DNA of 64,000 bases from Limnochordia bacterium (GTDB lineage: Bacteria; Bacillota; Limnochordia; DTU080), in assembly GCA_050951545.1 (NCBI GenBank), contig JBMNJG010000003.1, forward strand, positions 192,001 to 256,000, written 5' to 3'. Below, piece after piece: positions 19,133 to 31,067 of the stretch; the first letter of the stretch is position 1, and every line of letters begins with the position of its first letter. A model generated the notes under the pieces. The model ran no database searches and was not told the DNA's origin. It saw only the letters and a list, made by a program, of their open reading frames with translations. The position numbers were made by a program, and so were the translations under genes.

Positions 19133-20404
19133 CTAACACAACTCGGCACGTAACCGATCTACCACTGCGGTGAGGGACATCTCCTCTTGGACTCCGCTCG
19201 CCATGTCGCGCACCTGCACAACATCGCGCGAGAGCTCGTCTTCGCCGCAAATGACTACACGCGCAGCGTGTGCACGTGCTGCCGCCTTCATCTGAGCCTT
19301 CATACTGCGTTGTAGATAATCAGTGTCAACGACAAGTCCCGCCTGCCGCAGTACATGCACAAGGGCAAGAGCCCGCCCCCGCCACTCATTGTCAAACGCA
19401 ACGACGAAGACGTCGACACCGCCCACCGATGGAGCCTGAATTCCCTGCTGCTCCAGCGCTAGAATTGCCCGCTCCATGCCAGCAGCAAAGCCGACTGCGG
19501 GCGTGGGCAGACCACCACATTCCTCCACGAGGCCATCGTAACGCCCTCCGCCCACGAGGGCCGACTGCGCTCCCAAATCGAGGCTTTCCACTTCAAACAC
19601 TGTCTTCGTATAGTAGTCGAGTCCCCGCACTAGCAGGTCGTTCAACACATAGCTGATGCCTAGCTCATCGAGATAACCCCGTACCGTGTCGAAGTGCCCA
19701 CGACATGCATCACACAGATAGGCCACCGATCGCGGCGCACCCTTAGCAGCATCTTGACATTCCGTGGCCTTACAGTCAAGAATACGCAGCGGGTTCTTGT
19801 CGTAGCGTTCATGGCATGTGCGGCATAGCTCACCAAGTCTCGGCTTCAGATAGACACGCAACGCCTCTTTGTACGCTGGCCTACACACTTCGCAGCCAAT
19901 GCTGTTGAGGTGCACAAGGAAATTGGCGAGCCCTAATCGACGAAAGATCTCAATGGACATGGCGATCATTTCCACATCCAAAGCAGGGTCTTGACTACCG
20001 AGAGCCTCTGCTCCCAGCTGATGGAACTGTCGATACCTACCAGCCTGCGGCCGTTCGTAGCGAAAAATGGGCCCTATGTAAAACAGCTTCACAGGCTGAG
20101 GCCCACTGTTCAGATGATGCTCAAGATAGGCCCGCACGACAGCTGCTGTCCCCTCAGGTCGCAGTGTCAAGCTGCGCTCCCCGCGATCCAAGAAAGTATA
20201 CATCTGCTTATTTACTACATCGGTAGTCTCACCGATACCACGCTCGAAAAGCTCTGTGTGCTCGAAGATGGGCGTCACGATCTCTGCATACCCAAACTGC
20301 TGAAACACGTTGCGGGCAACCTGCTCAAACCACTGCCATCGTTCCACCTGTCCGGGAAGCAGGTCTGTTGTGCCTCGCGGTGCTTTTACCAACATTTCGG
20401 TCAC
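19133..20404 (-). CDS. hisS: Histidine--tRNA ligase
   Basis: LRPEGTA, FRYERPQAGRYRQF, LVRGLDYY, GGGRYDGL. Confidence 0.97.
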   Translation of the reverse strand: MTEMLVKAPRGTTDLLPGQVERWQWFEQVARNVFQQFGYAEIVTPIFEHTELFERGIGETTDVVNKQMYTFLDRGERSLTLRPEGTAAVVRAYLEHHLNSGPQPVKLFYIGPIFRYERPQAGRYRQFHQLGAEALGSQDPALDVEMIAMSIEIFRRLGLANFLVHLNSIGCEVCRPAYKEALRVYLKPRLGELCRTCHERYDKNPLRILDCKATECQDAAKGAPRSVAYLCDACRGHFDTVRGYLDELGISYVLNDLLVRGLDYYTKTVFEVESLDLGAQSALVGGGRYDGLVEECGGLPTPAVGFAAGMERAILALEQQGIQAPSVGGVDVFVVAFDNEWRGRALALVHVLRQAGLVVDTDYLQRSMKAQMKAAARAHAARVVICGEDELSRDVVQVRDMASGVQEEMSLTAVVDRLRAELC

Positions 20405-20420
20405 ATCCCCAGTTGTTTAC

Positions 20421-20448
20421 AGGAAGGCCCGCTGAAGCGGGCCTTCCT
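20421..20448. terminator. Perfect GC-rich hairpin between the foldase gene and hisS
   Basis: AGGAAGGCCCGC-TGAA-GCGGGCCTTCCT. No clear U-tract on the minus strand. Confidence 0.5.
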
Positions 20449-20498
20449 TCATCAGAGTATCATAGACCAACGACCTGGACCGTAAGAGGCCGTATCTG

Positions 20499-21944
20499 TT
20501 ACCTGCCCTTGGCTTCCCCTTCGGCCAGTTTCCTCTCAAGCTCAGCCTGTTCTTGGGCCTGCTTCTCGTACGCCTCGCGCTGCTCTTGCATGAGCTTCTG
20601 AATCGCGATTAGCTTGTTCTCTTCATCCTTAGCGTCCTTTTCCAGTCCCATACTGCTAAACAACTGCAAGAGCGCGAGGTGAAGCTGGAAATCCATGGGG
20701 TCGAGCTCTGAAGCGCGTCTGAACTGCTCCGCAGCCTCAATATCCCGGTCCTTCTCCCGATAGGCTAGGCCCAGATAGAGGTAGATCTCCGGATCGTTGC
20801 CCCCTATGCCAACGGCCTGCTCAAACTCGCTGATCGCTTGGTCGACGTCATCAAGTTGCTGATAGACGCGACCCAAAGCTACGTGCAGATACGGATTGCC
20901 TGGCTCCTTCAGAATCGCCTCTTGGTACTGAGACACTGCCTGGGGCAACTGGTTATTCAGCACGAACTGCTGCGCACGTAACGACGGATCTGTCACGTCG
21001 ATACGGGCGTCTGCGCGTACTTGACTGAACCACTCGTTAAACTGCTTAGCGGCTCCTTCCTCTTCCAGCCGCTTCCTGATGTCATCTTTTTCCTTCTCAA
21101 AATCAGATCCGGTGGCTTCCTTGCGCCCTGTCACCTTGATAATGTGATAGCCAAACTGGCTCTTGACAGGTTCACTGATCTCGCCCACTTTGAGACTGAA
21201 GGCCGCATCCGCAAACTCCTTTACGAACCCGGAGTCGCGGGAGAAGAAATCAAGATCGCCACCTTTGTCCTTTGTGGCTGTATCGGCAGAGTGCTTCTTG
21301 GCCATCTCGGCCAGACTCTTACCGCCTCGAATCTCCGCCAGCACTTTCTCTGCCTGCAGCTTGGCCTGATCCCAATTCTCACCTTCAGGCTTGATAAGAA
21401 TGTGGCTGGCACGCACCTGCTCGTAGGCCATCTTCACATCCTCATCGGTGATCTCAAACTCTGACTTTTTCTCTTGGAGTGCCTTGATGGCGAGATTGTC
21501 ACGTATGTGCCCGCGAAGCTGGCGTTCGGTTAGCTTATTCTCTCTTAGCTTCGCTTTGAAGTCGGCATCTGATTCAAAGCCTTCTTTTATGGTCTGAAGC
21601 TCAGCCTCGATATCCTTCTTGCTTACCTTGATACGGTTTTTCTTTACTTGCTGCAGCATCAGCTTCTGATTGATCAGCTGCTGCAGCGTTTGGAAACGCA
21701 CCTCATAGGCTTCGGTTCCCGATAGTGTACCTTGATACATCTCGTAGAATCTGAGGTTGTTCAGAAAGGCCTCATTTAACTCTTCATAGGAGATAGCCTG
21801 CCGGTTCACCTTGGCCACGTAGGAAGGTTGTCTGCCTCGACCAAAAATGCCTGGCCCTCCTACATATAGCAAGGTGACTGCAAAGGCCACGACTATCAGG
21901 ATGATGATGCCCTTAGTCTTATTGCGCAGAGTGCGGAACACCAT
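20499..21944 (-). CDS. SurA-N / parvulin PPIase / TPR foldase
   Basis: N-terminal anchor; VRASHIL, SADTATKDKGGDL, FADAAF, SQFGYHII; about 3-4 C-terminal TPR-like helical repeats. Confidence 0.85.
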   Translation of the reverse strand: MVFRTLRNKTKGIIILIVVAFAVTLLYVGGPGIFGRGRQPSYVAKVNRQAISYEELNEAFLNNLRFYEMYQGTLSGTEAYEVRFQTLQQLINQKLMLQQVKKNRIKVSKKDIEAELQTIKEGFESDADFKAKLRENKLTERQLRGHIRDNLAIKALQEKKSEFEITDEDVKMAYEQVRASHILIKPEGENWDQAKLQAEKVLAEIRGGKSLAEMAKKHSADTATKDKGGDLDFFSRDSGFVKEFADAAFSLKVGEISEPVKSQFGYHIIKVTGRKEATGSDFEKEKDDIRKRLEEEGAAKQFNEWFSQVRADARIDVTDPSLRAQQFVLNNQLPQAVSQYQEAILKEPGNPYLHVALGRVYQQLDDVDQAISEFEQAVGIGGNDPEIYLYLGLAYREKDRDIEAAEQFRRASELDPMDFQLHLALLQLFSSMGLEKDAKDEENKLIAIQKLMQEQREAYEKQAQEQAELERKLAEGEAKGR

Positions 21945-22046
21945 AAGCGCGGTGCCTCCCAACTATTATTGAGAAAATGAGTGCGCCAGACGCACGCCTA
22001 CAGAATGGGAAACCGGATCAGCTGTGTGCTTAGCGTTGCCTAACCC

Positions 22047-22076
22047 ATTGTACTGGACACCGCAAATAAGTGTCAA
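22047..22076 (-). promoter_or_regulatory. sigmaA promoter of the foldase gene
   Basis: TTGACA-N18-TACAAT. Confidence 0.7.
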
Positions 22077-22138
22077 CGAAATGGCCTTCCGCTTTTTGCT
22101 TTTCACAGGCAATATTGGCATATTCCGCCCGAGCTTCA

Positions 22139-22609
22139 CTAGACAAGGTTGCCCTTCTCAGTCTCGAGCAGAATCGTAACCGGTCCATCGTTGACCAGCA
22201 TCACCTGCATATGTGCCCCAAAGACCCCCGTAAGCACTTGCATCCCTGTTGCCCGTAGCTCAGATACAAACCGCTCATACAATTCACAAGCCATGTCGGG
22301 TTCGGCAGCCGCCGTGAAGCTAGGGCGCCGTCCCTTGCGGCAATCGGCATATAGAGTGAACTGCGAGATCGCCAACACCTGGCCGCCCACGTCCCTAAGA
22401 GAAAGGTTCATCTTTCCCTCATCGTCAGCAAAAACACGCAAGTCGACTACTTTAGCAGCCAAAAGCTCCGCGTCGCGAAACGTATCCTCATGCGTCACCC
22501 CCACCAACGCCACAAATCCGCTCTGGATGGTCTGTTGATTCAGCGCGCGCCCACAATCCTCCTGCACTGAGACACTGGCCGAAGCGACGCGTTGGAGCAG
22601 TACACGCAC
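22139..22609 (-). CDS. dtd: D-aminoacyl-tRNA deacylase
   Basis: SQFTL, KGRRPSF, NDGPVT. Confidence 0.96.
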   Translation of the reverse strand: MRVLLQRVASASVSVQEDCGRALNQQTIQSGFVALVGVTHEDTFRDAELLAAKVVDLRVFADDEGKMNLSLRDVGGQVLAISQFTLYADCRKGRRPSFTAAAEPDMACELYERFVSELRATGMQVLTGVFGAHMQVMLVNDGPVTILLETEKGNLV

Positions 22610-22656
22610 AAAGATACCTCCTAGAGAGTTCGTGTTACGCTGGGTTGTCGCCCAGG

Positions 22657-24879
22657 TCAGGTGGGTCTGGCTCTGTACACACTTTCCACGCCATCGACCT
22701 TCCGAATGCGTCGCATGACGCTCTCCATGTGGCTCACATCCTTGGTACTTACGATCAGATCGATAATCGCAATGCGGCCTTTTGTGGTCCGAGCATTGAC
22801 AGACGCCACGTGCGTACCGCTGTCGTTGATAGCATCCATGACCCCCGTAAGGAGGCTCGGACGATCCAACGCCTCTACCTCGATCTCAGCTTGGTACCAC
22901 CCTGTTTCACTTGTGTTCCAGCTTACCCCGATTTTCCGAGCGCTGTCGTCAAGGCTCTGAATGTTGGGGCAGTCAGATCGGTGTACGGATACCCCACGAC
23001 CGCGAGTGACATAGCCGGTAATCGCGTCTCCCGGCACTGGATTGCAGCACCTCGATACCCTGACCAGGAAGTTGTCCATACCTTTGACGAGAATCCCATT
23101 TTGTGAGCGCTGCGGCCGCTCGGTTTGCCTGGCTTGGCGCAGCCGACGCCGACGCTGTTCGTACTCTCGCCGACCAAGGAGCCCAGCCAACACTTGCGAG
23201 ACCGTCACTGCTCCGAAACCAACGCCCGCATACAGATCGTCGATACTTGAGAAGCCGTAGCGTCTCAGTACATCCTGCACCCTATCAGTTCGCAAGGACT
23301 CTTTCGCATCAAGGTCGAAACGGCGCAGCTCTTTCTCTAGAACCTCCCTACCGCGTGCCAGTGCCTCTTCACGGCGTTGCTCCTTGAAAAACGAACGAAT
23401 CTTGCTGCGCGCCTTTGATGTCTTGACAAAGCTGAGCCAGTCCTGCCGAGGAGAAGCAACCTTGCCCGTAAGAATCTCTACGAAGTCACCGTTGGCCAAC
23501 TCTGTATCAAGTTGCACCAATCTGCTGTTTACCTTAGCACCGGTGCAACGCATGCCTATGTCGGTATGCACACTGAAGGCGAAGTCAACTGGGGTGGAGC
23601 CAGCGGGCAGCGATTTCACGTCGCCTTTTGGAGTAAAGACAAAGACCTCGTCCTCAAAAAGATCGATTTTCAGCGTCTCCATGAAGTCTTGTGGGTCTTT
23701 CATCTCCCACATCCACTCCATGAGCTGACGCAGCCATGCCACTTTCTTCTCGAACTCGGCCTCCGCACGCCCCTCTTTATACAACCAATGGGCAGCGATG
23801 CCTCTTTCGGCCACGCGATGCATCTCTTCCGTACGAATCTGCACCTCGAGTGGCTCTCCTCGAGGCCCAATGACAGTCGTATGCAAAGACTGATACAGAT
23901 TTGATTTGGGCATGGCGATGTAATCTTTGAACCGCCCGGGGACGGGTTTCCATAGAGAATGAACCAGGCCCAATGCTGCGTAGCAGTCCTTGACAGAGCG
24001 AGTGATGATGCGCACAGCCATGAGATCATAGATCTCTGACAGGTCGCGTTGCTGCCCCTTCATCTTCTGGTAAATACTGTAGAAATGCTTTGGGCGGCCC
24101 TGTAAGGCCGCCAGTCCCACACCGACCTCCTGCAGCTGCGACCGCAGGGTCTCCATCACTTCCTCAATTTCGCCGTCGCGAGCTTGGCGCTTTTTCGCGA
24201 CCCTAGCTACCAGATCGGAGTATCCAGCGGGATCCAGTGCGCGCAGCGCCAGATCCTCCATCTCCCACTTGATGCTCCACATACCCAGGCGGTGTGCCAA
24301 AGGAGTGTAGATCTCCAGAGTCTCTCGCGCAATCTTCCTCTGACGTTCGGGGGTCAAAGCGGTCAGGGTACGCATGTTGTGCAGGCGGTCAACCAGCTTG
24401 ATGATTACCACCCGCAAGTCATCCGCCATCGCCAGGAACATCTTGCGCAGAGACTGTGCCTGTTGCTCTTCCTTGCTCTGGAAAGGGATGCGCGTGAGCT
24501 TCGTCACTCCGTCGACAAGACTCGTGACATCGGCACCGAAGGCCGCCTCCAGTTCGTCTCGCGTGACCGTGGTATCCTCCAGTACATCATGCAGAAGGGC
24601 CGCGGCCACCGTAACCACATCCAGCTCCATGTCGGCCAAAACACAGGCTACTTCAAAAGGGTGCTGGAAATAGGGCTCCCCTGATTCGCGTACCTGCCCG
24701 TCGTGAGCCTCGGCAGCGAAGCGAAACGCTTTCGAAATGAAGGCGAGCTCGTCGTGGCCGTGCAGTCGCTGCAGCTTATCCAAGAGCAGCGCCATATCCG
24801 CACTAGAGAACACCTGTGGTTGCGGGGAGTCGGTTGATATATAGCTCACACCACTCACTCCCGGGAAAAAACCCGTCAC
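22657..24879 (-). CDS. relA: Bifunctional (p)ppGpp synthetase/hydrolase
   Basis: HD motif LLHDVLEDT, RFKDY, EVQIRT, TGS domain (DFAFSVH), CCNPVPGD, ACT domain. Confidence 0.97.
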   Translation of the reverse strand: MTGFFPGVSGVSYISTDSPQPQVFSSADMALLLDKLQRLHGHDELAFISKAFRFAAEAHDGQVRESGEPYFQHPFEVACVLADMELDVVTVAAALLHDVLEDTTVTRDELEAAFGADVTSLVDGVTKLTRIPFQSKEEQQAQSLRKMFLAMADDLRVVIIKLVDRLHNMRTLTALTPERQRKIARETLEIYTPLAHRLGMWSIKWEMEDLALRALDPAGYSDLVARVAKKRQARDGEIEEVMETLRSQLQEVGVGLAALQGRPKHFYSIYQKMKGQQRDLSEIYDLMAVRIITRSVKDCYAALGLVHSLWKPVPGRFKDYIAMPKSNLYQSLHTTVIGPRGEPLEVQIRTEEMHRVAERGIAAHWLYKEGRAEAEFEKKVAWLRQLMEWMWEMKDPQDFMETLKIDLFEDEVFVFTPKGDVKSLPAGSTPVDFAFSVHTDIGMRCTGAKVNSRLVQLDTELANGDFVEILTGKVASPRQDWLSFVKTSKARSKIRSFFKEQRREEALARGREVLEKELRRFDLDAKESLRTDRVQDVLRRYGFSSIDDLYAGVGFGAVTVSQVLAGLLGRREYEQRRRRLRQARQTERPQRSQNGILVKGMDNFLVRVSRCCNPVPGDAITGYVTRGRGVSVHRSDCPNIQSLDDSARKIGVSWNTSETGWYQAEIEVEALDRPSLLTGVMDAINDSGTHVASVNARTTKGRIAIIDLIVSTKDVSHMESVMRRIRKVDGVESVYRARPT

Positions 24880-25394
24880 TCATCATAGATCACGAGGGAG
24901 AAGATCTCCCTATCTCCCAACCGTTCTCGTCCTCCTAAGAACCCCAGCTCAACAAAGAAAGCACACCCAGCCACAACGCCACCAAGCTGCTCTATGAGGT
25001 CAGCCGCCGCGGAAATCGTGCCACCGGTAGCCAACAAATCATCGACGAGCAACACACGCTGACCAGGGCGAATGGCGTCGCGGTGAATCTCCAGCGCGTC
25101 CGTGCCGTACTCTAGCGAATACTCGATGCGCAGCTTCTCAGCAGGCAACTTGCCTGGCTTGCGGATGGGCACCAAGCCCAACCCCATCTCATACGCCAAC
25201 GGAGCACTGAAGATAAAGCCGCGCGACTCAATACCCGTCACGATATCTATGTCCTGATCCGTATAATGCCGAGCCATCTCTTGCACTACATAGCGCAAAG
25301 CTTGGGCGTCTTTAAGGACAGTCGTGATATCCTTGAAGCTCACACCTGGTTTTGGAAAATCGGGAATTACCCGTATCAGCCGCTGCAAGTCCAT
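24876..25394 (-). CDS. apt: Adenine phosphoribosyltransferase
   Basis: DFPKPGVSFKDIT, ESRGF, VDDLLATGGT. Confidence 0.97.
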   Translation of the reverse strand: MDLQRLIRVIPDFPKPGVSFKDITTVLKDAQALRYVVQEMARHYTDQDIDIVTGIESRGFIFSAPLAYEMGLGLVPIRKPGKLPAEKLRIEYSLEYGTDALEIHRDAIRPGQRVLLVDDLLATGGTISAAADLIEQLGGVVAGCAFFVELGFLGGRERLGDREIFSLVIYDE

Positions 25395-25470
25395 TTTCGA
25401 CGCCTACCTCCACCAGCCAATGTCATTGTGAACCCGACGTACTGTTTGCGCAGCAATTCGTTTATTCTTC

Positions 25471-27882
25471 CTAGCCTGAATATGTCGATTCGCATCTGAG
25501 CCAGTGAGCCAGAGCACTGCATGGCTGTCGACCAGTGAGCAGCTCAGACGCGGCGCGTCGTCTAACCATACACTCATTATAGCTGACCGCCCAACTCAAG
25601 TCTAGCTTGTCGCCAGGCCTAGCCATGAGGACCCACGATTGGCCATCCTGCCTTACAAGGTCCAGTTCGGCAAACACGCGCAGCGCGTAGAGAGCCCCTG
25701 AGGGACTGAGGCCGCTACCTACCGCGATCGCCTCCGGGGTGAGACACTGCCCCGCCCTCTGAAGACGCTGTAACTGCAGATAGGCCTGTGCCAGCCCGTC
25801 GCGCGCCGGCCAATCGGCGTCAATGAGAACTCTCCCCTTAGCGGCCTCGCGCGCCCCGTAGAGAATGTGCACTTCGGCAGGCGGGGCCTCCGCCGTGAGC
25901 CACGACCACACTCGTATCCAGTCCTCTGCTACAGGTGGGTCATACAAAACAAGCCCCCAGGGACTAGACGGCGGCGTTGCCCAGGGAGCCCCGGGAAATA
26001 GCACAAGAGCCTCACCCTCTGCCGGCATATCCTGGCACCAGGTCCAGAGCACGGGCCGCAAGTTCCGCCGGGCGATGCTTCCTACATAGGCGGGACATTC
26101 GGTACGCGCCGATCTGGCATCGATGCAGGGGATCTCACTGCTTACCCCCAGATCCGTCTCGCTCGAGACAGCCACCTCTTCGCAGCTGCCAAACTCGCTG
26201 GGCCGCAAGTCCCTCACACGCAACTCCAGTGACCGTTGGCCCCGCCATTCGTTGATTGTCAAGGCGAAGGCTAGGTCTAGACTGGTCGCCGCAGCCTCGG
26301 CGGCCTTGTGCCCCAGGCGAAAACCCACGGCTGTGACCTGTGATCTGCCCATCGGCAATGTCAACCTCAGATGACGAGACTCCTTGCCGACGACCCGTAC
26401 TTCACTAGGAACCACTGAAGCCCAAGCCAGTACCGGTGATGGGTTACCACAGCCAAACGGACCAAGACGGTTGAGCTCGCCCAGCAACGCCGCGTCGAGC
26501 TCATCTGGCTCCACCCAAGCATCTACATCCAATAGCCGTGGCGCTCGGCCGTCGGGACCCAACTGACGCCTGGCCTCTTCGTCCAGCACCTTCTGCAGCT
26601 CCGCGAGATGGGCACCAGAAAGGCTCAACCCCGCGGCCATGGCATGGCCGCCATAGCGCGCAAGCAAGTGCCTATTGGCTTCCAAGGCCTCCGTAATATG
26701 AAACCCAGGCACGCTGCGGCCTGAACCTGTAACGGCGTCGCCCTCCCTGGTCAGCACCAAAGTCGGCCGCCCATACATCTCTACCAGACGGGAAGCCACG
26801 ATCCCCAGCACACCGGGATGCCAGTCGCTACCCGCAACCACCAAGACAGGGTTCTCTGACAAGACCTCGGCAGCCTGCTGGGCCTGTACAAGAATGCGCT
26901 CCTCCTCCTCTTTGCGAGCCCGATTAGCCTCATCGAGCTGCACTCCCAGAGGTAGAGCCGTCTCCAGCGTGGGTGCCATTAGCATCTCCATGCCTGTCGC
27001 GGCATCCGCCATGCGACCGACCGCATTGAGGCGAGGCGCCATCTGGAAGGCGACATGATGGGCCTCAATCGTCCCAGGGGCACACTGGCTGATAGCGGCC
27101 AGTGCAGCTAAGCCGGGCAGAGGAGACGTGTTGAGTTTCTTCAGCCCGCGGTAGACCAGCGCACGATTCTCATCCTGGAGGGGTACTACGTCAGCGATAG
27201 TACCAAAGGCAACGAGATCCTCTAGGTCGGCGACGAGATCCGGCTGCCCCAACGATTCCCCCAAAGCACTCATAAGCTTGTAGGCAACACCCACTCCTGA
27301 TAGATGGCGCCAGGGATAACGCGCCCGGGGTAGCTTGGGGTTGACCACCGCCATAGCCGAAGCGAGAGTGCCAGCCGTCTCGTGATGATCTGTCACGATG
27401 CAGTCCACACCTGCCGCCTGAGCTTGGCTAACCTCAACGGCGGACGTTGTACCACAGTCCACTGTGATCAATAGGCTCGTCCCGCTACTGGCCAGGGCGG
27501 CGACGGCTGCCGAGTGGAGCCCATAGCCCTCGTCGAGGCGATGGGGTATGTAGTAATCTACCTCCATGCCCAGCCGCCGCAGCCCCAGCACCACAAGAGC
27601 AGCTCCCGTTTGACCATCGGCGTCGTAGTCGCCATACACCGACACCTTCTCGCCCTTTGCATAGGCCTGCGTAAGGCGCCGCACAGCGACATCCATATGT
27701 GGCAACTCCCACGGTGAGTGCAGAGGGCCCAGACTGGCATCCAGCATGAGACGCGCCGCCTCCAAGGTTTGGGCACCCCGGGCAGCCAGCACCCTGGCGG
27801 TGACTGTTCTCACTCCCAGTTGCTTGCCAAAAGCATTCTCCAATTCCGCGTCCACCGGGCGCACACGCCACCGACGATGCAT
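25471..27882 (-). CDS. recJ: ssDNA exonuclease RecJ with C-terminal extension
   Basis: YGDYDADG, TVDCG, TDHH, GTIADVVPL, PRLNAVGR, GGHAMAAG. Start placed at ATG 27882. Confidence 0.95.
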   Translation of the reverse strand: MHRRWRVRPVDAELENAFGKQLGVRTVTARVLAARGAQTLEAARLMLDASLGPLHSPWELPHMDVAVRRLTQAYAKGEKVSVYGDYDADGQTGAALVVLGLRRLGMEVDYYIPHRLDEGYGLHSAAVAALASSGTSLLITVDCGTTSAVEVSQAQAAGVDCIVTDHHETAGTLASAMAVVNPKLPRARYPWRHLSGVGVAYKLMSALGESLGQPDLVADLEDLVAFGTIADVVPLQDENRALVYRGLKKLNTSPLPGLAALAAISQCAPGTIEAHHVAFQMAPRLNAVGRMADAATGMEMLMAPTLETALPLGVQLDEANRARKEEEERILVQAQQAAEVLSENPVLVVAGSDWHPGVLGIVASRLVEMYGRPTLVLTREGDAVTGSGRSVPGFHITEALEANRHLLARYGGHAMAAGLSLSGAHLAELQKVLDEEARRQLGPDGRAPRLLDVDAWVEPDELDAALLGELNRLGPFGCGNPSPVLAWASVVPSEVRVVGKESRHLRLTLPMGRSQVTAVGFRLGHKAAEAAATSLDLAFALTINEWRGQRSLELRVRDLRPSEFGSCEEVAVSSETDLGVSSEIPCIDARSARTECPAYVGSIARRNLRPVLWTWCQDMPAEGEALVLFPGAPWATPPSSPWGLVLYDPPVAEDWIRVWSWLTAEAPPAEVHILYGAREAAKGRVLIDADWPARDGLAQAYLQLQRLQRAGQCLTPEAIAVGSGLSPSGALYALRVFAELDLVRQDGQSWVLMARPGDKLDLSWAVSYNECMVRRRAASELLTGRQPCSALAHWLRCESTYSG

Positions 27883-27968
27883 CACATGCTCTACGTCCTT
27901 CCCCGAAAATGATGTGGCGCTGTGCGGGCATGTGGGCGGCCAACCACGCGTACTCCGAAGCAAATCCG

Positions 27969-28457
27969 CTACTGTGTCACCACCTGCCAGACCAGGTAAA
28001 GCAGCATCACCACCGCGATAGTTACTTGAACCAGTAGTGCTAACACAGAACCCAAGCCAGCCCCTACGCCTGCTTTGAAAGCCATGCGCCAACTCCGCCC
28101 GCGCAACAGCTCGCCTACCACCGCGCCCACAAGCGGTCCCAGTATCACGCCGACCGGGCCTAAAACCAGTACGCCACCGAGCGCCCCGACCATGGCACCC
28201 ACCATGCCAGCTCGCCCAGCCCCAGACCGACGAGCACCTCCTGCCCCGAGCCACAATTCTGCAGCATACGCGATAGCACTTAACCCGCCGAGGATCACCA
28301 GGTCACCGCCACTCAGCACGGCCCAGCGCTTCACCCAAGCGTAAACGATCGCAGCCGCGAGAATAAGCCCCGTACCCGGAAAGGCTGGCAGTACGGTTCC
28401 CACTAGTCCCAAGAAGGCCATGGCAAACAGCAGCCATTCACTAGCGCCGATCACCAC
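27969..28457 (-). CDS. DUF456 family membrane protein
   Basis: GTVLPAFPG and the Gly-rich GAMVG..GPVGVILGPLVGAVVGEL pattern. Confidence 0.8.
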   Translation of the reverse strand: MVIGASEWLLFAMAFLGLVGTVLPAFPGTGLILAAAIVYAWVKRWAVLSGGDLVILGGLSAIAYAAELWLGAGGARRSGAGRAGMVGAMVGALGGVLVLGPVGVILGPLVGAVVGELLRGRSWRMAFKAGVGAGLGSVLALLVQVTIAVVMLLYLVWQVVTQ

Positions 28458-28482
28458 GCCGCCCCCCTTGATGGCCTCTGCG

Positions 28483-28788
28483 CTAATCCACTATCTGCGA
28501 GACACCCATGCGCGCCAGACGCACTTCCACGTTGTCAGCAAGGCGCACAGTCAACACATCGTCGCGCATACTCACAATCTCCCCATGTAGTCCTCCTAAG
28601 GTCAGGATCTTGTCACCACGTTTCAGGGCTGAAAGCATTTCCTGACGACGCTTTTGCTGCTGTTGCTGCGGCCTTACTAAGAAGAAGTAGAAAGCGACGA
28701 TGACCACGAAAAAGGGAAACAACTGCGCAACAAGACCCGCCTGTAAGGGTGAGACCCCTGACGGTGTCGCGGCTGCAAGAAATGTCAT
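28483..28788 (-). CDS. yajC: Preprotein translocase subunit YajC
   Basis: FYFFLVRPQ, LKRGDKILTLGGLHG. Confidence 0.93.
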   Translation of the reverse strand: MTFLAAATPSGVSPLQAGLVAQLFPFFVVIVAFYFFLVRPQQQQQKRRQEMLSALKRGDKILTLGGLHGEIVSMRDDVLTVRLADNVEVRLARMGVSQIVD

Positions 28789-28836
28789 CTCTGCTATCCC
28801 CACCTTGTGTAACGAGATTTTTGACTCGACCAACTT

Positions 28837-31058
<2,222 letters not shown>

Positions 31059-31067
31059 CGGTATACC

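Noticed and set aside
27883-28254. 124-aa N-terminal extension of RecJ in the ORF track (similar extensions for aspS, murJ, HIT, phoU, aroKB, mltG)
   Set aside because: Most extensions overlap neighbouring genes, none has recognisable motifs, and better downstream starts exist. They are longest-ORF artefacts.
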